Under the pieces are notes generated by a model that made no database searches, had not been told where the DNA came from, and saw nothing but the letters and a program-made list of their open reading frames with translations. This document shows positions 40,001 to 49,800 of a stretch of DNA of 64,000 bases, piece by piece. The position numbers and the translations under genes are program-made. Origin of the DNA: Planctomycetota bacterium (GTDB lineage Bacteria; Planctomycetota; UBA8108; SXIK01); assembly GCA_965223265.1 (NCBI GenBank), contig OZ244999.1, positions 8,448,001 through 8,512,000 of the forward strand. Direction: 5' to 3'. Positions within the stretch are counted from its first letter, which is position 1. Every line of letters starts with the position of its first letter.

Positions 40001-42080
40001 AAACATGTCTGCGACTCCGATCGCTGCTCGACTGCGTGTCGCGGTACCGCTCGATTTGGGTACACCCGGTGCTGAGAATTCTGTCAGTCGACAGCTCCGA
40101 CTTGCGACCGGGGAGGTTAACCTCGGTCCAATCATCCGCGATGTGCGGCATGTTCCAGTTTCGCCACTGCCGAATGCATCGGTGACTGTTTTTGCGGCGA
40201 TCTCTGATGCCGATGGGGTGGGGCGCGTCGAGGTGTTCTACCGCGATGAAGAAGAGGATCAACAGCAGGGCGATGGATTCGCTGCGGTGGCAATGGTTCC
40301 GGTGAGTGCAGCCGACGACACAGGAGCCCAGATCTATGCTGCCGAGATCCCAGCGGTTTCGTTTCCGACAACCAAGAGCTTCTATATCGAAGCGGTCGAC
40401 TCCCTCGGTAGTGTCGAACGCTTTCCCGTCGATGCGCCTGACCGTCGCTGTGTCTACCGAGTCAAAGGGTTCGATAGTGAGCGGGTGCGCGTTCTCCTGA
40501 CTGATGAGGCCGACTTCGATCTCTTCTCACGTCACATATCATCGAATCGCCGTGTCGATGCGACGTTCAGCCTCGATGACGAGCGTGTCATGTACAACGT
40601 TCAGCTGCGTTATCGCGGGAGCCCATGGGGACGAACCGTTCGCGAAGGACTCCGCGTTCGCTTCGGCGGTGATGATGCGCTGATTTTTGGGCGCAAGAAC
40701 GTCAACCTCACCATCCGCGACCGACTCGATAGTGTTGGGTACCTTCTTACGGGACACGCCGGTACGGCTGAGAAACGTGTCCTGGTTTCGAACTATCGGT
40801 TTCTTTCGGCGCGCTTTCGGGGCGCTCGCATGGGCATGGCGGGGTTGTTCGAGCCGTTCGACCGCACACTCGCGGAGGCGTGGTACGGCAAGGATGCGGC
40901 GTCGCGTGCCGTTTTCCTCAAAGGGAACGGCCGCATGCATTACGACAACGACTGCGTGTTCACGTTCTGGGACGGCGCCAGTCTTGTCTACCGCGGCGAG
41001 GAAGCGGTGGACTATCGCTTCTACTATGAGCATTCCGCGAACCAGGAGCGTGATGAATGGAGCTCGTTCGCCGATCTGACTCGGGTCATGGATCGAGAGG
41101 TTACGTCGGACGAGGAGTTCGATCGACTCGTGGACTCCGTTCTCGATGTCGAAACTTTTCTCCGCGCCGTCGGTGCGCGCGCTCTCATGGGAGGCGGCGA
41201 TGCTCTCCTCGTCCACACCGGACACAATGGTTTCATGGTGCGGGACCCGAACGACGGTCTCTGGGAGCATGCCCCGTTTGACTACGGCGGCGGTGCCGTC
41301 AACCCGACGACGGCGCTTCTCGAGATGCGCGAACCGAACGTTCAGCGACTGCTCGAGCGGACACCGATTCAAAGACGCTACTTGCAGATTCTCCACGAGT
41401 TCGTCAGCGGGTACCTCTCGAGTGATTCGCTGCGGATCTATGTCGAAGCGCTGGTCGAAGACATCGGGATCGGCGGCGACGAGCTGAGACGGTTCATCTC
41501 CGGCAGCCGAACACAGGTAGCGGAGTGGCTCGGGCAGTTCACGGCTGTGCCGCTGCGGATCCTGACGAATGACGGGGAGAATTATGTCGCGCCGTCGTCA
41601 AGCATCGACCTTGAAGGCGAGGCGCCGATCGACGTCGCGGCTCTTTTCCTACGCCGAGGTGGTGAGGCGGCGAGGCCGTTGGACATCGTCTGGCTGACGT
41701 CAACGCAGTGGCGCGCCTCGCTGCAGCTCGAGACCGGACCGAACGTCTTCGAGATCACCGGGGAAGACTCGTCCGGCGCCGTCACCGGAGCGGCGTCGAT
41801 CACGATCACACTCGGATCGGAGTCAACGTTTCGACGTGGCGACGTCAACGACGACGGCCGCTTCAACGTCTCGGACCCTTTGCGAACGATCCTCTTTCTC
41901 TTTCGAGGCCAGCCGCTTTTGTGTCTCGACGCTGCCGACGTCGATGACAACGGCGAGGTCGATCTCAGCGACGCCATCGCGGAGCTCAACTTCTTGTTCC
42001 GACGTGGAGAACCCCCTGCTGCGCCATATCCGAATGCCGGACCGGATACGAGCGCCGACACTCTCGGCTGCGTTCGCTGA
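37065..42080 (+). CDS. Secreted lamin-tail / galactose-binding-like / CotH kinase-like protein with dockerin-like C-terminus (start may be near 37116)
   Basis: Lamin-tail motifs TEIHYHP..EFIE (three such domains), two W.F..G..FDDS.W domains, RYRGSPW and HNGF..WEHAPFD (CotH-like), FRRGDVNDDG...CLDAADVDDNG. Confidence 0.88.
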   Translation: MLFGLSVTHRNRLRVPSVMLLVTAAVVATDLARQSFAQTVTEIHYHPPEGEEELEFIEITNEYSGPQDLSGFAFVEGIRFVLPPGTVLRGGESLVVCADAEAVRTRYGIDNVVGDFEGRLDSGGERVTLVNHVGVVVLTLRYDDDGKWPLAPDGAGHTLELRKIYLDPSEPESWRQSFDLGGTPGRFDSPLLRPDVPPPEVHIDHGDLWRFAKGTAPFSTPTDGWRQIDFDDSSWLVGASPFAGPDVEVEPLGTLLDDMVDSYTGLAVRHRFFVEAGEIASHRFFLAISYDDGFCAFLNGEEFARSNCPLDPTFESRAAGSHVADVEERFFVPPSLLRGGENVIAVQGLNVSRRQGDFVLAPRLTKESTSPGETVLVDHGHRWRFAKGTGPFSEPNDAWLDPDFDDSGWLSGRSSFGFGDEEHATVLDDMRGNYTSIALRTSFEWTEELDQQDGDLLLLVDYDDGFCAFLNGTFVGRDGCPEEVAWNSVATRVREAGEVTAVLLPRKLLRLGSNWLSLVGVNTSRAGDDFSLTPRLMFRRSSSPPTLPEFPVVFNELQRGSAADGGWVELYNTASEAVDLSGLQLARDPDSTAPFVFAPGESIEGGGFLVVAAAGAGLDLGPGAETVQLFVWNEDGLVVAAASFDHAAAINDPAGVTEALFPDGGGRAWATTTPTPGSANEIDRVADLVIHEIFYHPPLEREGEFIELFHRGSVPLDISGFRFTKGIEFTFPGGTIVAPGDFVVIAKQPENLERTYSLTGVYGPFDGVLADAGENVRLVDRLGNLVDEVRYFDSGRWPDLADGRGSSLELVDPRQDNDHPSAWAASDETGKAEWEQFTFAANDLRVSRGPDLNLYMGSRGVCLVDDIRLVRRGTTRNLVPNPSFERGVEPWRALGTHVESEVVSGDAPAGDAALRVVATGKGNPRCNRVEIELDERLVDGSFDVSLWAKWQSGSSLLLFESDYAAGPYRSPFENGGMNANMSATPIAARLRVAVPLDLGTPGAENSVSRQLRLATGEVNLGPIIRDVRHVPVSPLPNASVTVFAAISDADGVGRVEVFYRDEEEDQQQGDGFAAVAMVPVSAADDTGAQIYAAEIPAVSFPTTKSFYIEAVDSLGSVERFPVDAPDRRCVYRVKGFDSERVRVLLTDEADFDLFSRHISSNRRVDATFSLDDERVMYNVQLRYRGSPWGRTVREGLRVRFGGDDALIFGRKNVNLTIRDRLDSVGYLLTGHAGTAEKRVLVSNYRFLSARFRGARMGMAGLFEPFDRTLAEAWYGKDAASRAVFLKGNGRMHYDNDCVFTFWDGASLVYRGEEAVDYRFYYEHSANQERDEWSSFADLTRVMDREVTSDEEFDRLVDSVLDVETFLRAVGARALMGGGDALLVHTGHNGFMVRDPNDGLWEHAPFDYGGGAVNPTTALLEMREPNVQRLLERTPIQRRYLQILHEFVSGYLSSDSLRIYVEALVEDIGIGGDELRRFISGSRTQVAEWLGQFTAVPLRILTNDGENYVAPSSSIDLEGEAPIDVAALFLRRGGEAARPLDIVWLTSTQWRASLQLETGPNVFEITGEDSSGAVTGAASITITLGSESTFRRGDVNDDGRFNVSDPLRTILFLFRGQPLLCLDAADVDDNGEVDLSDAIAELNFLFRRGEPPAAPYPNAGPDTSADTLGCVR

Positions 42081-42136
42081 GTCGTCGGCCGCTCGCGAGA
42101 CGGAGACGGACTCAGCACGACAAGAAAAACGCCGAG

Positions 42137-42250
42137 GGCGCAGAGGCGCAGAGAGCTGCAGAGAACTGCAGAGAACTGCAGAGAACGGTAAAGCATGAAG
42201 AAGGCCTTTTGAAAGAAGGAAAGCAAGCAAAGGAGAAGAGAGGAGACGAA
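42137..42250. repeat. Purine-rich intergenic repeat with 10-bp tandem units
   Basis: GGCGCAGAGGCGCAGAGAG then CTGCAGAGAA x3 (42156-42185), then an A/G-rich tract, between convergent genes. Confidence 0.7.
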
Positions 42251-42346
42251 GCTGCCGTCATCAAGCGTGCCCCATGCCCTGCGTTTTTCTCCTGCGCCCC
42301 GCAGCCCATTGATCAAAAGCGTCACGCTGCCGCCCCTTGTGCGACG

Positions 42347-43327
42347 TCATTCTGCCATCAAGTCTCGAATCGCAGCGCCTATGGTGTCGACGCTCGGCAC
42401 CACCGCGGACTCAAGGGGCGGGCTGTAGGGCGTCGGCGCGTGCGCGCCGTTGAGGCGCCGAATCGGTGCGTCAAGCTCGTCGAAAGCCTGATCGACAACC
42501 TGCGCCGCGACCTCGGCGCCGATACCAAACGGCGCAAACGTTTCGTCGACGATGAGCAGGCGACCTGTCCGCGCCACCGACTCCAGCACCGTGTCGCCGT
42601 CGAGAGGCGCGACGCTCCGCAGGTCGATCACCTCAACGGAGACGTCTTCTTCCTCCAGCCGCTCTGCTGACTGTAACGCCGCGGGCACCATCGCCGCCAG
42701 CGTCACGACAGTGACGTCAGCCCCCTCGCGCGCCACACGTGCGCTCCCGAAGTCGATTTCGTAGTCGTCAACAGGAACATGCCCCTTGGACCCGAGCAAA
42801 GCCTTTGGTTCAAGAAACAGCACAGGGTCATCGCAACGAAGCGCTCGCTTGAGGAGTCCCTTGGCATCGTAGGGTGTCGTCGGCACAACGACGCGCAGGC
42901 CAGGGAAATGGCCATACATCGTGTAATAGCTGCCGGAGTGGTGCGTCGCCGAGGAATGAGCGACGCCGATGGAACCGCGCAAGAGGACAGGCATTCGCAA
43001 TCGGCCGCTGCTCATGTACTGCATCTTGGCGATCTGGTTCACGATCTCGCCAACTGCGTCGAGGATAAAGTCGGCGAACATGAAATCCACGACAGGCCGC
43101 GTTCCGGTCATCGCGGCACCCGCCGCGAGTCCGACGAAACCACGTTCGCAGATGGGTGTATCACAGAGCCTCTCCGGTCCGTAGAGGTCGTAGAGACCGG
43201 TCGTCGAGTTGAAGTTGCCGCCTCGTTTGCCGATACCCTCACCCATGACGAAGATCTTGGGATTGCGAGCCATCTCTTCGGAGAGACCCTCGAGCGTCGC
43301 TTGCATGTAGGTGATCTCGCGACTCAT
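42347..43327 (-). CDS. 2-oxoacid/acetoin dehydrogenase E1 beta subunit
   Basis: DTPICE, RPVVDFMFADF, PYDAKGLL, EVIDLRS; ATGA overlap with alpha. Confidence 0.94.
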   Translation of the reverse strand: MSREITYMQATLEGLSEEMARNPKIFVMGEGIGKRGGNFNSTTGLYDLYGPERLCDTPICERGFVGLAAGAAMTGTRPVVDFMFADFILDAVGEIVNQIAKMQYMSSGRLRMPVLLRGSIGVAHSSATHHSGSYYTMYGHFPGLRVVVPTTPYDAKGLLKRALRCDDPVLFLEPKALLGSKGHVPVDDYEIDFGSARVAREGADVTVVTLAAMVPAALQSAERLEEEDVSVEVIDLRSVAPLDGDTVLESVARTGRLLIVDETFAPFGIGAEVAAQVVDQAFDELDAPIRRLNGAHAPTPYSPPLESAVVPSVDTIGAAIRDLMAE

Positions 43328-44325
43328 GCGTCCTCCCCGGCTGAAGTAGCCGCGAAGACGTGGCGCGTCGCGGTCGAGGGCTCCGGCCACGGACTGGCCT
43401 TAGCGAATTCGTGTGCGTCCGCGACGAGTTGTTCGACTCTCTCGTCGATGGAGTCGAGACGGGCCGCGTGGTCCTTCGCATCGCCTGCGATGCGTTCGCG
43501 GAGTCGCACGATCGGGTCGCGTGCCTTCCAGTCCTCTACTTCCTCGCGCGTGCGGTATGAAAAGTCGCCCATGCCTTCGGCGTGTGGACGCGTCCGGTAA
43601 GTCTTGCACTCTAGAAGCGTCGCCCCCTCGCGCGTGCGCGCTCGCGCCACGGCTTCCTCGGCCGCGCTGTACACGGCGAGCACATCGTTGCCGTCGACCT
43701 CCTGCGCGGAGAGTCCCGCGGTGCGGCCTCGCTCAGCGACACTCGGATTGCCACTGGAGTAGGAAAATGGGACTTCGGTGGCGTACTGATTGTTCTCGCA
43801 CACGAAGAGTACCGGCAGCTTCCAGATCGCAGCCATATTGAGGCCTTCGTGGAAGGCCCCGTTATTGGCAGCCCCGTCGCCGAAGAACGCCACCGCGACT
43901 CCATCATTTTTGAGAAGCTTGAAGCTGTACGCTGCGCCGGCAGCCTGCAGAATCGATGGCCCGACGATGCCGCTCGTGCCCATGAGGCCGACCTCGGGTG
44001 CGAACAGGTGCATGCTGCCGCCGCGTCCTTGCGAGCACCCCGTGACCCGACCGAACAGTTCGGCCATCAGTTCCTTCGGTTGCACCCCTTTGGCGAGGGC
44101 ATGGCCGTGGCCGCGGTGCGTACTGAAGACAACGTCGCTGCGCCTGAGGTGCGCACACACACCGGTTGCAGTCGCTTCTTGACCGACATAGGTGTGGCAG
44201 GCCCCGTGGATGAGGCCACGCTGGTGGGACCGTGCCAGTTGCTCCTCGCACGTCCGGATGAGCTGCATCGTTTCGTAGAGTTCAAAGAGGACATCGCCTC
44301 GCGGAGCATTTTTTTTGGCGTTCAT
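43324..44325 (-). CDS. 2-oxoacid/acetoin dehydrogenase E1 alpha subunit (ThDP)
   Basis: HTYVGQEA, STHRGHGH, GRGGSMH, GDGA...ENN ThDP motif, TYR..PH. Confidence 0.94.
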   Translation of the reverse strand: MNAKKNAPRGDVLFELYETMQLIRTCEEQLARSHQRGLIHGACHTYVGQEATATGVCAHLRRSDVVFSTHRGHGHALAKGVQPKELMAELFGRVTGCSQGRGGSMHLFAPEVGLMGTSGIVGPSILQAAGAAYSFKLLKNDGVAVAFFGDGAANNGAFHEGLNMAAIWKLPVLFVCENNQYATEVPFSYSSGNPSVAERGRTAGLSAQEVDGNDVLAVYSAAEEAVARARTREGATLLECKTYRTRPHAEGMGDFSYRTREEVEDWKARDPIVRLRERIAGDAKDHAARLDSIDERVEQLVADAHEFAKASPWPEPSTATRHVFAATSAGEDA

Positions 44326-44438
44326 TATCTGCAACTGTTCGGACTTGCGCGAAGGCTACGTTCTCTTGGTGCCTTGCCTACGATTCTTTTGTACTGCTGA
44401 GGGCCACGCTCATCACACCCGCGCCCTTCCGCAGCATC

Positions 44439-45371
44439 TCATTTTGGTGCTTCACCGACCGCGAGCACGAGATTCTTTGCTTCCAAGCTGATGGGGTTCG
44501 AGTAGTGGTAGATTCTGCACTTTTCGACTCCATCCTCGACAACGGGGGTCGGCTGCTCGATCACGAAGTCTGCGAAGTCTGGTGCGTTGAAGGCGACGAA
44601 CGCGAGTCGGATGCAGTCGACGGCCGGTGTGTAACGACGGCTGAGGTCCGGGAACGCGATCGGGCCAGTGTCGACTTGATACATTTTTTTGTCGAGGCTT
44701 ACGTTCATGGTTTTGGTGGGACACTCAATGACGGCGCGTAGCCCGGTCTCGGGATGCGAGATTTCGGTCTGCGTGACAAGCGGTATGCCCGCCGCCGTCG
44801 CGTCGCGGATCGCGTCCCAGGTGTCGAGGATTCTGACGGGTTGACCGAGCTGCAGCTTGAACGTCGGCTTGCCCCATACGTCTTCAGCCTTTCTAAGGTC
44901 CCGGTATCTATCCGTCATGCGTGCGTGCCGCCTGAGAATCAAAAGTTCCTTGCCGCCGCCGTAGATCGGCATGAAGTCGTAGTTGTCTTCGACGAACAGG
45001 TTCTTCTCCGCGAAGGTGTGTTCGCTCTTGCACGAGCCGCACTGATAGAACACCGTCAACTCGTTGCCTTTGTCGTCGAACAGCACGGTGCGGCTTTCGA
45101 TCCAAAAGCGAACGGCGTTGGACGATTTCGGATTGCAGAGAAACGAACGGCCATAGTCGAGGCAGCCCGCCGCTAGCAGTTGACGTTTCCCGCCAGGCGC
45201 CGCAGATGCCGAACGGGACGTCAACCCGGCCAGCCCTGCCGCCGAAGCGGCGGCTGTGGTCAACGCTGCAGACGACAGCGCTGAGCGTGCGCCTTGGTCG
45301 AGGAACTCACGCCGTGAGCTCGTCTTCTCGACGTTTTGGTTTCGTTCGGTTCCTTCGTTCGGCTGTTGCAT
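44439..45371 (-). CDS. Hypothetical Tat-exported protein with CxxCK motif
   Basis: SRREFL plus Ala-rich helix and ASA site; FYQCGSCKSE. Confidence 0.8.
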   Translation of the reverse strand: MQQPNEGTERNQNVEKTSSRREFLDQGARSALSSAALTTAAASAAGLAGLTSRSASAAPGGKRQLLAAGCLDYGRSFLCNPKSSNAVRFWIESRTVLFDDKGNELTVFYQCGSCKSEHTFAEKNLFVEDNYDFMPIYGGGKELLILRRHARMTDRYRDLRKAEDVWGKPTFKLQLGQPVRILDTWDAIRDATAAGIPLVTQTEISHPETGLRAVIECPTKTMNVSLDKKMYQVDTGPIAFPDLSRRYTPAVDCIRLAFVAFNAPDFADFVIEQPTPVVEDGVEKCRIYHYSNPISLEAKNLVLAVGEAPK

Positions 45372-45466
45372 GGATCGACCTCTCGACTCTTGGCTCTGAG
45401 ACAACCCGGCCCCGCTTCGCACTCGTTCTAAGGTGCGTTCGTTCCGCAATGCAAGACCAATGCGCG

Positions 45467-46591
45467 TTAAAGCGCCGCCTCCAGGATCTGCGCTGCGTCG
45501 TCGAGCGTCACCTGCCTCGGGTTTGAGGGCGTCGAGTGATCCTCCAGGGCGGCTGCAGCGATCCCATCTAAGTCGGCGACTGACAGACCGAGTTCGCTCA
45601 GACGCGTCGGCAGTCCGATAGCCCTGACCAGATCTTCTGCGGCGCAGGCCAAGGATTCGCCGTCGTTCCCGGAACCGACTGCTCCTGCCATGCGTTGCAT
45701 CTTCTGCGGGCAGGTGGCTGCGTTGAACCGGAGGACGTGTGGTAGAAAGATGGCGTTGAGCATGCCGTGGTGCGGGCGCTTGTCGGTGAGAGAGCCGAGC
45801 GGATGGCTGAGACTATGAATCAGGCCGAGGCCTTTTTGGAACGTGAGCCCGCCTTCGAGGGCTGCCATCATGAGCTCGCTCCTCGCGTCGATGTCTTGGT
45901 TGTGCTCAACGGCGCGGCGGAGATTCTTCCATGCACGCTCGAGGCCGTCGAGAGCGATCGCTTCGGCGACGGGATTGAACTTCGGGCTCGAAAAGGTCTC
46001 GACGCAGTGCGAAATCGCATCCATTCCGGTCGCCGCAGTCAGCCGCGGCGGCAGTCCGAGCGTCAGTTCGGGATCACAGATCGCTGCCTCCGGGATCATG
46101 TGTGGGCTGACCAGAGCAAGCTTCGAGCCACTCGCAAGTGTCACCAGAGCGGCACGACCGACTTCGCTACCCGTTCCCGCCGTGGTGGGAACCGCGACGA
46201 GTGGAGGCTTCTTTCCCGTGATGCGCTCGAGCCCTCCGCGGATGAGTGCATAGCTTTCGAGAGGCGGAGCATGGGTCGCCAGGAGCGCGATACACTTGGC
46301 GCAGTCAATCGGGGAACCGCCGCCAACTGCCACAACGCCATCGCACTCGAGCTCACCGAACAGTTTAGCGCCGGCGATCGCACTCTCCTCATCGGGATTC
46401 GTCTGCACGTCTCGAAAGACGCCGGCGAACTCGATTTCGAGGCGTTCAAGCAATCCCGCTTGCTCAACACCTGTGTCCGTCACAAGAAGCGGTCGACGCA
46501 CGCCGAGGTCGGCCAGGACCTGAGGCAAAACTTTGATCGCCCCGCGTGCGAAGTGGATGCCGGTGAGATAGGAGATTGTCGGTGCTTGCAT
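45467..46591 (-). CDS. Iron-containing alcohol dehydrogenase, 4-hydroxybutyrate dehydrogenase-like
   Basis: GGGSPID, PTTAGTGSE, GMDAISHCVETF, HSLSHPL, HHG. Confidence 0.92.
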   Translation of the reverse strand: MQAPTISYLTGIHFARGAIKVLPQVLADLGVRRPLLVTDTGVEQAGLLERLEIEFAGVFRDVQTNPDEESAIAGAKLFGELECDGVVAVGGGSPIDCAKCIALLATHAPPLESYALIRGGLERITGKKPPLVAVPTTAGTGSEVGRAALVTLASGSKLALVSPHMIPEAAICDPELTLGLPPRLTAATGMDAISHCVETFSSPKFNPVAEAIALDGLERAWKNLRRAVEHNQDIDARSELMMAALEGGLTFQKGLGLIHSLSHPLGSLTDKRPHHGMLNAIFLPHVLRFNAATCPQKMQRMAGAVGSGNDGESLACAAEDLVRAIGLPTRLSELGLSVADLDGIAAAALEDHSTPSNPRQVTLDDAAQILEAAL

Positions 46592-46841
46592 GCGGGAGAC
46601 TCTAACTTGCGCTGGGCGCGGACGGCGAGCGAAAACCGTCGGTCTCGGTGCAGTACGAGCGAGCGCACGAAAAAGACCGGTGGCAGGGTTGACGAAGAGC
46701 GTACAATGGAGCGTGCGGTGGCTGAGTTGGGCAGCACCGCGTCTAGTCGCACTCTCGACCCTTGGTCCGGCCGCGCTGTGCCGTGAGGGTTTGTGACGGA
46801 ATTCACCAGCTCCTAAAGTCGCACAATCCAGCGGAGGGTCT

Positions 46842-49800
46842 ATGAGGGTGGGATTGGTTCGATCTGCCGCTCGGGAGGATGACGCGTGCCCTCCGGGTTC
46901 AAGACCGTGGCGTCAATGGACGCTCCTCGGTTGCCTACTTCTCGCGGCGGCGACGTTCGCCACAGCGGACGCCGGCGACTGTAACGGCAACGGCATCGAG
47001 GATGTCGACGACATCGCCGCAGCGGTCAGCGAAGACTGCAACCTCAACGAGCTCCCCGATGAGTGTGAGACGGTGCCGCTGCCGTTTCGCGGTCAAACGA
47101 GAGTGGAAACGCCCTCCCAAGTGCACGCGATCGTCACGGCAGACTTTGACGCCGACGGCAACCAGGACATCGCGGTGGGCTATGCCAACGGATTGTCGAT
47201 CGCTCTGGACGCCGTCAATTCCGCGAGTGGTGAGATTTCGTTCCTCGACTATCGTTTCGAGGCGCGTTCGCAGGTGTGGCGCGCTGGCGACGTCGATGCC
47301 GATGGCGACATCGATTTGGTCACGGTCGGTGCGAATCGACTGCTCATTGCGCTCAACGATGGGACCGGTGGATTCGGCGAAATGCAGTCAGTCCTTTCGC
47401 CAGATCACGGCCTTCTCGAGCTTGCCGTCGGAGACGTTGACAGCGACGGCAGAGCCGACCTTGCGGTTTCGAATCGCAGTTCACCTCGGGTCTCCATCGT
47501 TTTCAGTCGTGCCGATGGAACGTTTTCCGATTTTCACCACCTTGAGGTCGGTCGCAATCCTGCGGCCGTCGAGCTGACTGATATCGACACCGACGGCGAT
47601 CTCGACCTTCTGGTCGTGAATCGCGATGACGATGAGGTCTCTCTTTTACTTGGCGACGGGCGTGGTGAGTTTGAGCCGCAGCGACGCTTCGTAGTCCCCG
47701 ACCGTCCTGAGGAAATTGCCATGGGGGATCTCAACTCAGACGGACTTGTCGACGCTGTCCTGAGGCATCGAAGCGCTGTATCCGTGCTGATGAACACCGG
47801 TAGCGGTTTCGATGCAGCACGCAGCCTCCTCTTCCCGCGTGAGTTTCCCACCTCGATTGCTGCCGGCGACGTTGATGGCGACGGTGATATAGATATCGTC
47901 GCTGGCTTTCGCAACCCGAACGGTAGCGCGGTCTTCCTCAATCGGGGCGGTGGTGAGTTTAACACAGCCGTTGCGTTCCCGATTGGACTCGAAGGCACGG
48001 CGACTTCGACGGCTTTGGCTGACATCGACGCGGACGGCGACACGGACTTTCTGCAGGGGCACGTGGCGATTCCGGCTTTGACGATCGTGACCAACTCTGA
48101 CGCCAGTCGGCTGATCGAACTTTCCTTTCCCGCAACGATTCCTGCCCAAGGGGAGCCGCACACTGCCGCGCTCGGCGACATCGATGGTGACGGCGACCTC
48201 GACTTCGTGTCAGGAAACAACAACGACGGCGACATTTCAGTACTGACGAACCCTGGTGACGGCCGGTTTGTCTTCCACTCGCAGCCTTTGACCGGCGCGA
48301 GTTATTTCTCGATGGTCTTGGCGGATATTGACCTCGACGGCGATCTCGATATCGCGTCGTCGGACACGCGCCGCGGAAGCGTCTATGCGATGAAGAACGA
48401 TGGGGGAGGAGTGTTTACGCCGTCATTTTCAGTCGAGATTGGCGGCAACCCGTTTCACCTCGGCGCAGCTGATTTTGATCTCGATGGCGACATCGATCTC
48501 GTTACGTGCGACCGTTCGCGCGGCTTTGTGACGCCGCTTTTCAATGATGGTTCCGGTACCTTTGAGCCACAACCGTTCGCTCCAGCCGGTAACGTGCCTC
48601 TGGCAGTGGCCACGGCCGATTTTGACCTAGACGGTGACGTGGACGTCGCTACGGCCAACAACGGCTCCCGAGATGTCGCGGTGCTGATGAACCATGGCGA
48701 CGGTACGTTCGAGACGCGGGTCACGTACCCGTTGGTTGCCCGACCAACTTTCGTGGTTGCAGCGGATTTCGACGGCGATGGTCACGTCGATCTGGCGACA
48801 GCAAACGAACAGAGCCAGAACGTGACGCTTTTTTGGAATCAGCGCGACGGTGGTTTCCAGCCAGGCGGAGTTTTCGGCGTTGCCTTGCCGCCGTATTCGA
48901 TGATCGCGTCAGACCTCGATGCGGACGGATTCGCTGAGCTCGTGGCCGTGAGTGAGCGCACCAGTTCGATCTCCGTCTTGGTCAACGGCGGCGATCGTTC
49001 GTTCTCTCTGTCGACCAAGCACAGGGTAGGAGGGGGCCCACGTTTCGCCGTTGCCGGCGACATCGATGCCGACGGCACCAACGATATCATCGCCGCGAAT
49101 CGCGTCGGCGAGACGCTCACGGTGTTCCACAACGCGACGCGTTCAGGACCTGAATACCTCGAATCAATGTGCACCGAGCGTGACTTCGTCACTGTTTCAG
49201 TGCCGACGGGCGAAGGGACGCGCGACGGCAAGTACGTCGTACCGGCGCGCGTCGATCCGACTCTGCTCCCACCCCTCTTTCAGAACGTGTCGCGTTTTTT
49301 GCTCCACGAGGATTTTCTGTCCAAGGCGTTTCGTGAGAGGTTCCCGACACTTGAAGGCGATATCGAGCAGTACAACCAGCTGACGGGTCGTCGCGGCAGT
49401 CGCGACTACTACGTCGGCGTGCTCAGGCGTATGCGGGAGGCCCCAAATGCGCGCTACGTGTTCACCGTCGTTGCCGACACCGGTTTTGATCCACGCGAGG
49501 TGTTGAATCTCGAGGAAGTGACGTGGGTGTACAATTCCCTGATGAGCGCGTTTGACATCGCCCCACTTGAGTACTGGCCGGACACGGAGCTGGCTCGGCG
49601 AGAGGCAGAGGCGTGGACAAACGCGCCGTTTTCGATTTTCTTCGGTGAACTCGGCGGCGGGTTTCGCTACGAGGCGTACACGACGGGCACAGGGTATGGT
49701 CGCGTGCGCCTCCTGACTCTCGAGGAGTTCGAGGCGGCGAATCAAACGGGTCTTTTCACGTTTCAGGACATCGTCGTCATCGAGCAGGCTCCGCGTGACA

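Noticed and set aside
42156-42185. CRISPR array
   Set aside because: 10-bp units without spacers; no cas genes; no repeat-spacer pattern seen anywhere in the window
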